From an uncultured Bacillaceae bacterium (GTDB lineage: Bacteria > Bacillota > Bacilli > Bacillales > DSM-1321), in contig CAWBND010000006.1 of NCBI GenBank assembly GCA_963790055.1, positions 1,416 through 65,415 of the forward strand: a stretch of DNA of 64,000 bases. Direction: 5' to 3'. Shown one piece after another: positions 30,473 to 41,010 of this stretch (positions are counted from its first letter, which is position 1; each line of letters opens with the position of its first letter). The position numbers and the translations under genes were made by a program. The notes under the pieces are model-generated. The model saw nothing but the letters and a program-made list of their open reading frames with translations. It was not told where the DNA came from and made no database searches.

Positions 30473-32269
30473 CTATTTTCCCATTAATGCCACAAATTCA
30501 TCTACTAAATCGCTAAAAATCTTTAGTGCGTTTGCAATTGGTTCTGGTTTTGTTAAGTCAACACCCGCTCTTTTTAATAATTCAAGTGGTTTTTCAGAGC
30601 TACCACTTTTTAAAAAGGTTAAGTAGTTCTCAAGTGCTTCTTTGTCACCAGATAAAATTTGATCAGCAATAATAATCGCAGATGTATAACCTGTTGCGTA
30701 TTTATAGACATAAAAAGGACGATAAAAATGTGGAATTCGTGACCATCCATATTTTACTTCATCATCAAAGACTAGAGTTTCACCGTTATAGGTCCGGAAA
30801 ATCGTTTCATACACGGTATTAAATACGTCTGCATTTAACGGTTCATCTTTTTCTGCCTTTTCATGGACAATTTTTTCAAATTCAGCAAACATAACTTGCG
30901 TAAAAAACGTGCCCTTAAAGCTGTCAATAAAATGATTTAGTAAAAACTTCTTCTTGTCGGGTTCCTTTGTTGTCTGTAATAAATGGCGAATGAGCAAGAT
31001 TTCATTGACCGTTGAAGCAACTTCCGCCACAAAAATTGAATAGCCTGCTGAAATACGGGGCTGATACTTGGAACTAAAATAGGAATGCATACCATGCCCA
31101 CATTCATGCGCTAATGTGAATACGCTATCCAAATCATCACGATGGTTCAGTAAGATGAATGGGTGAACCTCGTATAAGCCAATATTATAGGCACCAGATC
31201 GTTTTCCTGGCGTTTCTCTGACATCAATATAACGATGTTCTTTAAAGCTTGCTAAAATTTCAACATATTCTTCTCCTAGCGGCTTTAGTGCTTCGAGCAT
31301 GAGCACAAATCCTTGCTCATAGGATATTTCTTCTTTTGCTTCCTTCACAAGTGGCACACTTAAATCATACGCACGTAATTCATCTACTCCCAGTAATTGC
31401 TTGCGAAGCTCTAAATACTTATACATTGGTGCTACATTGTTCTTTGTTGATGTAATTAAATTATCATAAACTTCTTTTGGTACTTCATCGCCAAAAAGCG
31501 ATTTTTCTAATGCTGACGAATAGTCTCGCACCTTGGACATATTCACATTATTTCGAATGGCCGCTGCAAGCGTCGAGCCAATTGTATTTTTCAGCTGTAC
31601 ATACGGTTGGTAGTAAGCTTTGTAGGCCTCTTTTCGTGTATCACGATTTTCATCCTCAATCAGCTTAGAATACATTCCGCGTGTAAGCTCAACCTTTTCT
31701 CCTTTCTCCGAAGTGACTTCGCCAAATTTAATATCCGCATTATTAATCATGCCAAACGTTTTTTGGGGCGCAGAAAATGCTTCTCCTACTTTTGAAAGCA
31801 CCTCCTCTTGTTCTTTCGTTAATACATAGGCTTTATAGCGATATGAATCGAATAAATCATCCTCAAAATAAGCTAATCCCTTTACTTCTGCTATGTATCC
31901 TTTTAATGTATTTTCTTCCAAACTTAATAGAAACGGCATAAAAAATGATGTGGCTTGACTTATTTTTCGACCTAATTGGCTCGCGCGATCCTGTAAGCTT
32001 TGAAACTCGCTATTCCTTGTATCTAAATCCGCTTGCAGCATGGCATACACATACAGTTTATTGTACATGCTCCCTACTTGTTCATTTAAATGAAGAAACT
32101 CATATAAATCATTCGCACTTCCAATTCCACCGTCAAATTGTTTCAGCTGATTAATTCCGTTTGAAACCTGCTGAAAATCTTGTTCCCACTTTTCCATGGA
32201 TTCATAAATATCTATTAAATTCCACTTTTCTTCTTCTTTCACTTCTTCACGTGTCTTAAATGTTTGCAT
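30473..32269 (-). CDS. pepF: Oligoendopeptidase F
   Basis: HECGH zinc motif, KRSGAY, WSRIPHFY. Confidence 0.95.
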   Translation of the reverse strand: MQTFKTREEVKEEEKWNLIDIYESMEKWEQDFQQVSNGINQLKQFDGGIGSANDLYEFLHLNEQVGSMYNKLYVYAMLQADLDTRNSEFQSLQDRASQLGRKISQATSFFMPFLLSLEENTLKGYIAEVKGLAYFEDDLFDSYRYKAYVLTKEQEEVLSKVGEAFSAPQKTFGMINNADIKFGEVTSEKGEKVELTRGMYSKLIEDENRDTRKEAYKAYYQPYVQLKNTIGSTLAAAIRNNVNMSKVRDYSSALEKSLFGDEVPKEVYDNLITSTKNNVAPMYKYLELRKQLLGVDELRAYDLSVPLVKEAKEEISYEQGFVLMLEALKPLGEEYVEILASFKEHRYIDVRETPGKRSGAYNIGLYEVHPFILLNHRDDLDSVFTLAHECGHGMHSYFSSKYQPRISAGYSIFVAEVASTVNEILLIRHLLQTTKEPDKKKFLLNHFIDSFKGTFFTQVMFAEFEKIVHEKAEKDEPLNADVFNTVYETIFRTYNGETLVFDDEVKYGWSRIPHFYRPFYVYKYATGYTSAIIIADQILSGDKEALENYLTFLKSGSSEKPLELLKRAGVDLTKPEPIANALKIFSDLVDEFVALMGK

Positions 32270-32442
32270 CTGCTCACTTCCTCTCGGCTTCTTCTATTTA
32301 TAGTATATGCGAACAACAAAAAAATAACATGAGATATGCACTTTCCACTTATGTATAAAAAGGTTAAACAAGATCGTTGATACAATAAGGCAACAACAAC
32401 GAACCAGTATGATTCCACATCATACTGGTTCATGAACACGTA

Positions 32443-33516
32443 TTAATTTACTTTCGTAACCCATCCTAATGGATCAGCTAGTTTTCCACTTTGAATGCCT
32501 GTTAATGTATCATATAACTTATGAGATAATTCGCCTGTCTCACCATTATTCACGATGATTTGTTCATCATTCCAGAAAAACTCACCGATTGGAGAAATAA
32601 CGGCTGCCGTTCCTGTTCCAAATGCTTCTTCTAATTTTCCTGCTTTATATGCATCGTAAATTTCTTGCATCGAAATACGACGTTCTGATACAGGAACATT
32701 CCAATGCTTTAATAAGTCGATAATAGAAGCTCTTGTTATCCCTTGAAGAATACTGCCGTTCAATGCGGGAGTCACAACTTCCCCATCAATTTTAAAGAAT
32801 ACATTCATGCTGCCTACTTCTTCAATGTATTTCTTCTCTACACCATCTAGCCAAAGAACTTGTGAGTACCCTTGTTTTTCAGAAATCTCTTGTGCTTTTA
32901 AACTAGACGCATAGTTCCCAGCTGTTTTTGCTTCTCCTGTACCACCGCGAACAGCACGCGTAAATTCTGCTTCAACAGCGATTTTAACAGGATGAATTCC
33001 CTCTTTATAATAGGTTCCTACAGGGGACATAATGATGATAAATTGATATCGGTCTGCGACATGTACACCAAGGTAAGGTTCAGTTGCAATAATAAACGGA
33101 CGAATATAAAGCGAAGTACCCTCTGCTTTTGGAATCCAATCTCGATCTACACGAATTAATTCTTTCAATGCAGTCAGTGCAAAGTCTTCATCAATTTCTG
33201 GAATGCATAAACGAGCATTTGATCTATTTAAGCGCTCAAAATTCTTTTCTGGACGGAATAAAATGACTTCATCTTGATCAGTTGCATAAGCTTTTAACCC
33301 TTCAAAAACCGTTTGCCCATAATGAAAAACCATCGCTGAAGGCTCTAATGTGAGCGGTTGATAAGGAACGATTCTTGGATTATACCAGCCTTGTCCTTGC
33401 AGATAATCCATGATAAACATATGATCGGTAAAAACTTTCCCGAATTCAAGCTGATCTGCTTGTGGTTTTTCCTTCTTTGTTTTGCTAAGTGTGATTTCAA
33501 AATCATGTTCGTTCAT
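32443..33516 (-). CDS. ilvE: Branched-chain amino acid aminotransferase
   Basis: FEGLKAY, AKTAGNY, EEVGSMN, GTAAVISP. Confidence 0.95.
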   Translation of the reverse strand: MNEHDFEITLSKTKKEKPQADQLEFGKVFTDHMFIMDYLQGQGWYNPRIVPYQPLTLEPSAMVFHYGQTVFEGLKAYATDQDEVILFRPEKNFERLNRSNARLCIPEIDEDFALTALKELIRVDRDWIPKAEGTSLYIRPFIIATEPYLGVHVADRYQFIIIMSPVGTYYKEGIHPVKIAVEAEFTRAVRGGTGEAKTAGNYASSLKAQEISEKQGYSQVLWLDGVEKKYIEEVGSMNVFFKIDGEVVTPALNGSILQGITRASIIDLLKHWNVPVSERRISMQEIYDAYKAGKLEEAFGTGTAAVISPIGEFFWNDEQIIVNNGETGELSHKLYDTLTGIQSGKLADPLGWVTKVN

Positions 33517-33612
33517 TACCAAAACCCCTTGCTAAATATAATTTTCTTTTATATTAGTTATCCTAAATATTTTACCCCTTTCATGAATCAAAGTTCAACC
33601 CCCTGATAACAA

Positions 33613-33637
33613 AATTTTCGGAACTTTTCTAAATATT
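33613..33637. promoter_or_regulatory. Possible overlapping CodY sites upstream of ilvE
   Basis: AATTTTCGGAACTTT and ACTTTTCTAAATATT, each with 3 mismatches to AATTTTCWGAAAATT. Confidence 0.45.
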
Positions 33638-33754
33638 TTTGTAATATTATAAATATAAACTTTCCCATTTTAACCGCCTTCAAACTATTTCTATCTATTA
33701 CTCTAACAATATTTGTTAATAATGGTTCTTATTTTGCTCACTATTCAAACTATA

Positions 33755-33772
33755 TAGTGAAAGATTTCACAA
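33755..33772. promoter_or_regulatory. Rex box upstream of FNT transporter
   Basis: TAGTGAAAGATTTCACAA, 1 mismatch to TTGTGAA-N4-TTCACAA. Confidence 0.7.
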
Positions 33773-33908
33773 AATGGTAAGAAAATAAGCCTCTTTTGTA
33801 AGAGCTATGGTGGGATAATGATTAAGAGAAATCGCATGCATGAAAAACCGATACATATCCATCGATAGTTAGATTAGGATTCTATTAAAAATATCTGAGG
33901 TGAACTTT

Positions 33909-34730
33909 ATGAGTTATTACACTCCAAATGAAATGGCAAATATTGCTGTAAAAACAGGAGTTAAAAAAGCAACAACACCACTACTTAACGTATTATTCCT
34001 AGGATTTCTAGGAGGCGCATTTATATCATTAGGTTATTTATTCTATATTCGCGTTGTTGCTGGGCTACCGCATGAATGGGGAACACTTAGTTCATTAATT
34101 GGCGCTGCCGTTTTCCCGTTAGGATTAATTCTAGTCGTAGTGGCTGGTGGTGAGTTATTAACAAGTACGATGATGGCAACGTCTATTGCTGCTTTTGCTA
34201 AAAAAATTACCTTTAAACAACTAGCAGTAAATTGGATTTTAGTTACGATTTCAAATTTTATAGGTGCTCTATTTGTAGCGTACTTTTTTGGTCATCTGCT
34301 TGGTTTTACCGAAACAGGCGTATTCCTTGAAAAAACAATTGCCGTAGCGACAGCTAAAATAGACGATACATTTTGGATGGCCTTTATATCAGGAATAGGC
34401 TGTAACTGGCTCGTTTCTTTAGGCGTTTGGGTTTCCTATAGCGCCGAAGATACTACTGGAAAAATCATCGGTCTGTTATTCCCTATTACCGCATTCGTTG
34501 CGATTGGATTTCAACACGTTGTGGCCAATATGTTTGTCATTCCAGCAGCTATTTTTGCAGGGGCTTTTACTTGGGGAGATTATTTCACCAATTTCGTTCC
34601 TGTTTTCTTAGGAAATGGATTTGGTGGTGCTATCCTTGTAGCAGGCATGTACTATGTTGCCTATCTACGTACGGATTCAAAAAAGGCTCATGTTACTTAT
34701 CTACACACGAGTTCAAGAAAAGCTAAATAA
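33909..34730 (+). CDS. Formate/nitrite transporter (second FNT)
   Basis: GGELLT, GCNWLV, GFQHVVANM. Confidence 0.92.
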   Translation: MSYYTPNEMANIAVKTGVKKATTPLLNVLFLGFLGGAFISLGYLFYIRVVAGLPHEWGTLSSLIGAAVFPLGLILVVVAGGELLTSTMMATSIAAFAKKITFKQLAVNWILVTISNFIGALFVAYFFGHLLGFTETGVFLEKTIAVATAKIDDTFWMAFISGIGCNWLVSLGVWVSYSAEDTTGKIIGLLFPITAFVAIGFQHVVANMFVIPAAIFAGAFTWGDYFTNFVPVFLGNGFGGAILVAGMYYVAYLRTDSKKAHVTYLHTSSRKAK

Positions 34731-34832
34731 GTCCTCAATAAATCAGTCCAAATGAAAGAGGTTGACTAAAAGGGTCAGCCTCTTTCATTTGGACTACATA
34801 ACCAAAAGCATATGTACACGTCCCGTTATTTC

Positions 34833-35270
34833 TTACTTCATAAACCCAAACAATCGTCCCCATAAGTTGCTTTTCTTTTCTGGCTTTTCTTCCTGTTTCA
34901 TTTTCTTTTCAATATATATATCTTCCTTATTGATTGCCGTTTCTTCTGCAAGGACAAGTCCAAGATCTGTGTTATAGTCTTTATTAAGTACAATCTTATA
35001 ACGAATTTTATAACGATTAGCTAACTCTACGTACTTTGATAAATGTGTATAATTCATATTGCCATTAAGAAATAAAAACGCCTTTGGATGATCCTTAATC
35101 ATTTGAGTAATTTCCGGATATACTTCCTCTTCCAACACTTGTGATTGGTATAATACAGCAATAACACGTTCTCTTAACGTTCCGAGATATTTCTTTCGTT
35201 CCTCAGGTTTAATTTCCTTTGTTCCGTAAATCCCCTGCTGTAAATAATCATCCACCTCATGTTTTATCAC
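34833..35270 (-). CDS. YueI family protein
   Basis: GIYGTKEIKPEERKKYLGTLRERV. Confidence 0.85.
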   Translation of the reverse strand: MIKHEVDDYLQQGIYGTKEIKPEERKKYLGTLRERVIAVLYQSQVLEEEVYPEITQMIKDHPKAFLFLNGNMNYTHLSKYVELANRYKIRYKIVLNKDYNTDLGLVLAEETAINKEDIYIEKKMKQEEKPEKKSNLWGRLFGFMK

Positions 35271-35403
35271 GATATCCCCCCCCCAAGATGTATAATGTAC
35301 TATATGTTTATTGTTTCCAAATGTGATTTTATCATGCTCATTTCAAAAAAGCTAACCCTCTAGTGGCAATAAAAAAAAGCATGCTTTTTATCATGCTTTT
35401 TTT

Positions 35404-35526
35404 TTACCAATCATTGGTTCTTTCAAGTAATTGATCAATATCATATATGTGCATTCCATGTACAATCGTATCAACCTCTAAATCTTCTGTTACCAACAAC
35501 AATTGATCTATATCGATTATTGCCAA
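35404..35526 (-). CDS. Unannotated 40-aa acidic small protein
   Basis: RBS AGGGAGGGG, TTG start, MAIIDIDQLLLVTEDLEVDTIVHGMHIYDIDQLLERTNDW*, own terminator. Confidence 0.6.
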   Translation of the reverse strand: MAIIDIDQLLLVTEDLEVDTIVHGMHIYDIDQLLERTNDW

Positions 35527-35605
35527 TATAAGCCCCTCCCTTTTTCTATACAATACGTTGATTAAAAAAAGTTTTTGAGGGTATTAGAGTAATCCACTAA
35601 GATTT

Positions 35606-36037
35606 TTATTTATTGCTCAATTGTAATGAATCTTTTTCTCCATACTGTTTAAGAAACAACTTACGAATTGTTTTTTCTAATCGATAAAATGTTCCACTAC
35701 AAATATAAACATCAGGTAGATTGTGAAAGATTGACTTTTTACCAATATGATAATGATCTTTCTCAGGAGAATAAACCAATATTTTCTTTTTTAATGCTAA
35801 GGCATATCCAATATTAAATAAATTTCCCTTCCCTGCTGTAAGAAAAACAAGAATAAAATCTGCAGCCTTAATGGCGGCTTCTTTCGAACTATCCGTATGT
35901 ACATTCATATTCTTCTCAGTCAATTGGCTCAGCACATTTCGTTCATTAATACAATGGATTCCTTTAGTTCTTAGCTTTTTTATAAGCGAGCGAACTTGTT
36001 TATTATTTATATCATCCGTTGCCATATAGTATTTCAC
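35606..36037 (-). CDS. Nucleoside 2-deoxyribosyltransferase-like fold protein (catalytic Glu apparently absent)
   Basis: ADFILVFLTAGKGNLFNIGYALALKK resembles the GTxxElGyA region. Confidence 0.55.
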   Translation of the reverse strand: MKYYMATDDINNKQVRSLIKKLRTKGIHCINERNVLSQLTEKNMNVHTDSSKEAAIKAADFILVFLTAGKGNLFNIGYALALKKKILVYSPEKDHYHIGKKSIFHNLPDVYICSGTFYRLEKTIRKLFLKQYGEKDSLQLSNK

Positions 36038-36135
36038 AAGCTACCTCCAAAAGTCTGATTACTTGTTACTTATACTATACATGTTCTTTATTAAGAACAC
36101 AATATTTTTTTACATTTTTTTGTATTTTTAGATTA

Positions 36136-36543
36136 CTATTTTAAAGCATCCTCAAAAGGAGCATAAAACTGATTTTTAGGTGCCAACATATCTGTTTCTG
36201 ATTCACGCGATTCTCCTTCTATCACATATATGCCAGATGGGAAAAAATCGAAATAACCACTTTCTATATGAAGATTTATAAAATACTCTTGTAAATCATC
36301 CATGAATTGGACGTATTGGTCTCGATTCAACACTTCACCATATTCATCTAATTGAAAATTACTATTTATCGCCTCTTGAAGTTGTTCATGATGGGACGCT
36401 GCAATATATACATCCACATCTCCGCATTCCATGCAAAGCAGAACCCCCTCTTTCCTTACTTCTTTATATGCATTTCTAATAAGTTCTTTTAAGATCGCAT
36501 CTATTTGTTCCGCATTTTGTATTCCAATGTTCTTATGTAACAT
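36136..36543 (-). CDS. Hypothetical protein with a CxxC motif
   Basis: ORF with RBS AGGAG; LLCMECGDVD. Confidence 0.65.
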   Translation of the reverse strand: MLHKNIGIQNAEQIDAILKELIRNAYKEVRKEGVLLCMECGDVDVYIAASHHEQLQEAINSNFQLDEYGEVLNRDQYVQFMDDLQEYFINLHIESGYFDFFPSGIYVIEGESRESETDMLAPKNQFYAPFEDALK

Positions 36544-36760
36544 TACTACCACTCCTAAAAAAAGTACTAATTATATCTTAATCTTTTTCTAATGAAAAAG
36601 TCTTTTTCGTTGTTTCTAAATTATTTAAGTGATGATTGCCGGGGAAATATTTACATTTTTTTGAAAATTCACTCGTTTTTTTGTTTTTTGACTATATAAT
36701 TTTATATATCTTCTTTTGTCCCGCCCTACGCCATTCATTACTTATTAAGGAGTGATTCAA

Positions 36761-37228
36761 TTGGATAGTAAATTCATGGAATTGGCCGTTCAACTAGCGA
36801 ATGATAATGTACGTTCAAAAGGCGGAGGACCCTTTGCTGCTGTTATTGTAAAGGATGGAATTATTGTCGGCAAAGGCTGCAATAATGTAACTACTACAAA
36901 CGATCCTACAGCACACGCTGAAATTCAAGCGATTCGTGATGCCTGCAAAAATTTAAGTTCCTTCCAATTGGACGAATGTGAAGTATACACAAGCTGTGAA
37001 CCTTGTCCGATGTGTATTGGTGCCTTATACTGGGCACGCCCTAAAGCGATTTACTATGCATCTACAAAGGAAGATGCGGCTGGAATTGGTTTTGATGATT
37101 ATTTCATTTATCAAGAATTAGAAAAGCCTATTCATGAACGTAGCCTCAAAATGGTTAGACTTCCTTCCTCAAATTACGATGTACCATTTAGAACCTGGGA
37201 AACCTCTTCTAATAAAGTAGAATATTAA
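36761..37228 (+). CDS. guaD: Guanine deaminase (CDA superfamily)
   Basis: GGPF, HAE, PCPMC, GFDD, C-terminal Y. Confidence 0.88.
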   Translation: MDSKFMELAVQLANDNVRSKGGGPFAAVIVKDGIIVGKGCNNVTTTNDPTAHAEIQAIRDACKNLSSFQLDECEVYTSCEPCPMCIGALYWARPKAIYYASTKEDAAGIGFDDYFIYQELEKPIHERSLKMVRLPSSNYDVPFRTWETSSNKVEY

Positions 37229-37287
37229 TAATACTTCTCACACCCTTCTGTAAATTGCCTTGAATCCTTTCAGAGATAAGATGTATG

Positions 37288-37340
37288 ATAAAGTGAAACT
37301 CCCATCAGTGGGACCTCTTCTTGATTCCTACTGATGGTTA
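37288..37340 (+). repeat. Dispersed Bacillus-type repeat (AAAGTGAAACT..CATCAGTGG..CTGATGG), copy 1
   Basis: Inverted partner at 39435-39477. Confidence 0.6.
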
Positions 37341-37360
37341 TAAAAATAGGAGGAAGCAAA

Positions 37361-38419
37361 ATGACACATCATAACAAGTATATAGGCTATATTGGTACTT
37401 ATACAAAAGGAACGAGCAAAGGTATTTATTCCTTTCAACTTGATCCTCAATCAAGCACGATTAGTGAACCAACTTTAGTTGCTGAACTAGTGGACCCAAG
37501 CTATTTAGCCATTAGCAAAGATCAAAAGCATTTATATTCGATTTACAAGGCTGATGGAAAAGGAGCTGTCGCTAACTTTACGATTCATCAACATACGGGT
37601 GAACTTTCGCTAATTGGGAAATCGGTTTCACCAAATGATTCATATTGCCACATTAGCATTGACAATGATGCAAAGTCTCTAGTAACCACTAGTTATGGAG
37701 GAGGCTTCGTCGAATCTTTTTCTATTTTAGAGAATGAATCTGTGAGCCCAGTCCAATCTACTGTGCACCATACAGGAAAAGGACCCAATCCCGATCGTCA
37801 GGAAAAAGCACATGCGCATTTCGCAACATTTAGTCCAGATGAAAAATTTATTGCCGTTGTTGATTTAGGAATCGACCAAATCATTACATATCGTCTCGAA
37901 AATCATCGTCTCCAAAAAGTACACAATCTTCAAGTTACTCCAGGCAGTGGACCTAGACATCTGATTTTCCATCCACATCAACCATTTGCCTATGTCATAG
38001 CTGAGTTACATCCCGAAGTGATTGTGCTTCAATACCATAAAGATTTAGGCGGCTTTGAAATGTTGCAAACGATTCGCACTGTCCCAGAGGATTTTGTCGC
38101 TAATAACCAAGGCAGTGCCATCCATATTTCATCAGATGGTCGTTATGTTTATGCGGGAAATCGTGGACATGACAGCATTGCTGTTTTTGCCGTTGATGAA
38201 CGTACAGGAAAACTCAGCTTAGTACAAATTATTAGCACAGAAGGTCATTGGCCCCGCGACTTCTCACTTGATCCAACCGAAAACTTTTTAGTTGCATCCA
38301 ACGAAGAAAGCGGCAATTTAACCTTATATAAACGGAATCAGCAATCAGGAGAACTCACACTCCTACAGGCTGGGATACAGGTCCCTTATCCAATTTGCAT
38401 AAAATTCCTTGAAATGTAA
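37361..38419 (+). CDS. pgl: 6-phosphogluconolactonase (beta-propeller lactonase)
   Basis: GTYT, RQEKAHAH, GSGPRH, NRGHDSI, WPRDF. Confidence 0.9.
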   Translation: MTHHNKYIGYIGTYTKGTSKGIYSFQLDPQSSTISEPTLVAELVDPSYLAISKDQKHLYSIYKADGKGAVANFTIHQHTGELSLIGKSVSPNDSYCHISIDNDAKSLVTTSYGGGFVESFSILENESVSPVQSTVHHTGKGPNPDRQEKAHAHFATFSPDEKFIAVVDLGIDQIITYRLENHRLQKVHNLQVTPGSGPRHLIFHPHQPFAYVIAELHPEVIVLQYHKDLGGFEMLQTIRTVPEDFVANNQGSAIHISSDGRYVYAGNRGHDSIAVFAVDERTGKLSLVQIISTEGHWPRDFSLDPTENFLVASNEESGNLTLYKRNQQSGELTLLQAGIQVPYPICIKFLEM

Positions 38420-38517
38420 TCAGAAAAGCGGAGCCTATACGAACATTTTCCGGCTCCGCATTAGAAAATCAATTATTTTGTTTGTCGTTAATCATTTGAG
38501 GGGGATTATCTCCTATT

Positions 38518-39141
38518 TCATTCTGAACGGCAAAATATTTCAATGAAATGCGCCAGCATTTTGGCAGTAAGTCCCCAAATAACGCGATTTTCATAACGAT
38601 AAAAATATTCTTCCATTTTCCTCGACTGCCACTGATAATCCTTTCCGCCAACAATTAAATCAATTGGAAATTGTTCCTCAGGTTCCACCGAGTAGTTAAT
38701 ATAATATATTTCTGGTTGATGATCTATAAAAAATGATAAAGGAACTGTAAAAACTGACTCTACCTCAGACTTGTTTATTTCTATTTCATCAATATTATCA
38801 ATAAAACCAGCAAACAGAAAAATAATCGTTTTGAACGGTGTAACAATATAGTCTAATGAATAAAGCTTACCAATATCCTCTCGCTTTAGCCCCAATTCTT
38901 CCATTGTTTCTCGTATCGCGGTATATTCTTCATTTACATCCTCTCGGTCAACCCTGCCTCCTGGAAAACAGATATCACCCGGTTGCCGCTTTAGAGTATG
39001 CGCCCGCTCTTCAAACAGAATGTAAATGCCATCCTCTTTTTTTACTAGTGGTAAAAGAACCGCAAATTTGGCAAATGATTCACCGCCTAGTATCGTTGGT
39101 GTATGCATTGCTAGTTTCTTTGTCATTTCTTTAACATCCAT
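38518..39141 (-). CDS. Nudix hydrolase, CoA pyrophosphatase type
   Basis: QPGDICFPGG...AIRETMEELG, IWGLTA. Confidence 0.9.
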   Translation of the reverse strand: MDVKEMTKKLAMHTPTILGGESFAKFAVLLPLVKKEDGIYILFEERAHTLKRQPGDICFPGGRVDREDVNEEYTAIRETMEELGLKREDIGKLYSLDYIVTPFKTIIFLFAGFIDNIDEIEINKSEVESVFTVPLSFFIDHQPEIYYINYSVEPEEQFPIDLIVGGKDYQWQSRKMEEYFYRYENRVIWGLTAKMLAHFIEIFCRSE

Positions 39142-39434
39142 CTACTTCACCTCATGTTTCTTTTCTTCATTTTAAACAGCTTTAGAGGGGAAGTCTAAAC
39201 AAAACTAATTAAATCGTGGAAAAATATTTCCATAGTTTTATATAAACAATGACAGCAGATAGAATATCTATGAAAAGATATTAGAAAAACACGACTTATC
39301 GCCCCAATGGCGAAAGTCGATGTACCTAAAGGCCCTCGCATCTTTACTTTAACCCTTTAAAGAAGTTAAACTTTCTTAAAGTATAAAAAAACAGCCACTA
39401 ATATCATTAGTAAGCTTGTTTATCTTGTTTTACC

Positions 39435-39477
39435 TAACCATCAGGGGAAAACCACCACTGATGGAAGTTTCACTTTA
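39435..39477 (-). repeat. Dispersed repeat, copy 2 (inverted relative to 37288)
   Basis: Minus strand TAAAGTGAAACTTCCATCAGTGG...CTGATGGTTA; overlaps the GNAT stop codon. Confidence 0.6.
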
Positions 39478-40140
39478 GAGAAACGGATTTTTCCATTCCA
39501 TCAGTACCCCGTAATTATGGGATTCTTCATCTTCTAAATAATTTTCAACAACAGCAATTGGACTTCTACCACATTTGAGTAAAAAACTAATAACTGGATC
39601 ATTTTGTTCACCTATCAGAACTTTTTGAACATATTCCTCCGCTATCATGATCTCCGCTACCTGATGATATCCTGGAATCCTTCCTCCACCAAGTAATCGG
39701 TCCAATTTTTTCTCAATCACAAGCCCATACAAGGCTTGCATCATCCACTTGCCTAGTCCGAATTTCCGATATTTTGGACGGATACTAATATCAACGACAT
39801 ACAAGGTATTTCCGTTCTGTTGATGATTACGGATATAACCATCATCCGTCGCTTCTGCCCATGAATGCTGCGGCTTAGCAGGATCAAAATCGACGCAAAG
39901 ACTAGTGATTGATCCTGCTAGTTCGCCGTTCACCTCTACACAAATTGTCCCTTCTGGAAATAAAGATACATGATTAGCCAATTGCTCCCGATTCCACCAT
40001 AACTCTTCTGGAAATGGCGGAGGAAAACATTCTGATTGAATTTTAATGAGTTCTTCAAAGTCTCCTTCATTATAATTTCGAAGGACAGCCGGTAACGGTT
40101 GGTTTTGATCAAAAACAAAAAACTCACTAAAGTAGGCCAT
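39475..40140 (-). CDS. GNAT acetyltransferase (YkwB/YhcX-N-like)
   Basis: YRKFGLG, GGGRIPGY, DPVISF, MEWKNP. Confidence 0.85.
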   Translation of the reverse strand: MAYFSEFFVFDQNQPLPAVLRNYNEGDFEELIKIQSECFPPPFPEELWWNREQLANHVSLFPEGTICVEVNGELAGSITSLCVDFDPAKPQHSWAEATDDGYIRNHQQNGNTLYVVDISIRPKYRKFGLGKWMMQALYGLVIEKKLDRLLGGGRIPGYHQVAEIMIAEEYVQKVLIGEQNDPVISFLLKCGRSPIAVVENYLEDEESHNYGVLMEWKNPFL

Positions 40141-40142
40141 AT

Positions 40143-41009
40143 TTATTGCTCCTTTTCCCAATCCACATATAAATCTGTCCGACGATCTCGCCACGTTGTT
40201 ACCGAACCTTTTTCACGTACCTGATATAACAAATCTAAATCGAGATCTGCCGTAATAATCATGTCATGATTAAGCTCCCCTTCTGCCATAATCCCTTTTG
40301 GTGGAAACGGAACGTCATTCGGTGTAATAACAGCCGCCTGACCAAAATTCGCCCGCATAAAGTCAACAGTAGGTAAGGCACCAATCGTTCCTGTTGTCAC
40401 AACATATACTTGATTTTCAATCGCACGTGCATGAGCTGTGTAACGAACACGATGAAAACCATGACGGTCATCCGTACATGATGGGCAAAAAATGACATCC
40501 GCTCCCTTCGCTTTCGCCATACGTACAACTTCCGGAAACTCAATATCGTAGCAGGTTAAAATGGCAATTCGTCCTTTATCTGTATCAAACACTTGCAAGC
40601 CTTCACCCCGACGCATATTCCACTCATGCACTTCTGTTGGCGTAATGTGAAGCTTAGCTTGCTCGGCAATTCGACCATCTGGATAAAATAAATGAGCGAC
40701 ATTATAAAGATGTCCCTCGCGCTCAACAACGTGGGTCCCGCCAATAATATGCATACCTGTATCGATGGCAAGTTTACTAAATAATGCACGATATTGTTCT
40801 GTAAAACGTGGAAGTTCCTCAATCGTTAAGCTCTGACCTTTTTCGTTACTAATGGATAATAGCTGAGTAGTAAAAAACTCTGGGAATAATACAAATTCTG
40901 CTTCAAACTCCTGTGCCGTTTTTATATAATGCTCACATTGCTTTGCAAATTCCTCAAATGAGTGAATCGTATGTAAATGATACTGTACGGCAGATACGCG
41001 AATCTTCAT
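40143..41009 (-). CDS. Carbon-nitrogen hydrolase (nitrilase superfamily)
   Basis: FPE, KLH and CYD catalytic triad. Confidence 0.9.
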   Translation of the reverse strand: MKIRVSAVQYHLHTIHSFEEFAKQCEHYIKTAQEFEAEFVLFPEFFTTQLLSISNEKGQSLTIEELPRFTEQYRALFSKLAIDTGMHIIGGTHVVEREGHLYNVAHLFYPDGRIAEQAKLHITPTEVHEWNMRRGEGLQVFDTDKGRIAILTCYDIEFPEVVRMAKAKGADVIFCPSCTDDRHGFHRVRYTAHARAIENQVYVVTTGTIGALPTVDFMRANFGQAAVITPNDVPFPPKGIMAEGELNHDMIITADLDLDLLYQVREKGSVTTWRDRRTDLYVDWEKEQ

Positions 41010-41010
41010 C

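Noticed and set aside
36600-36760. Purine riboswitch expected upstream of guaD
   Set aside because: No aptamer consensus visible.
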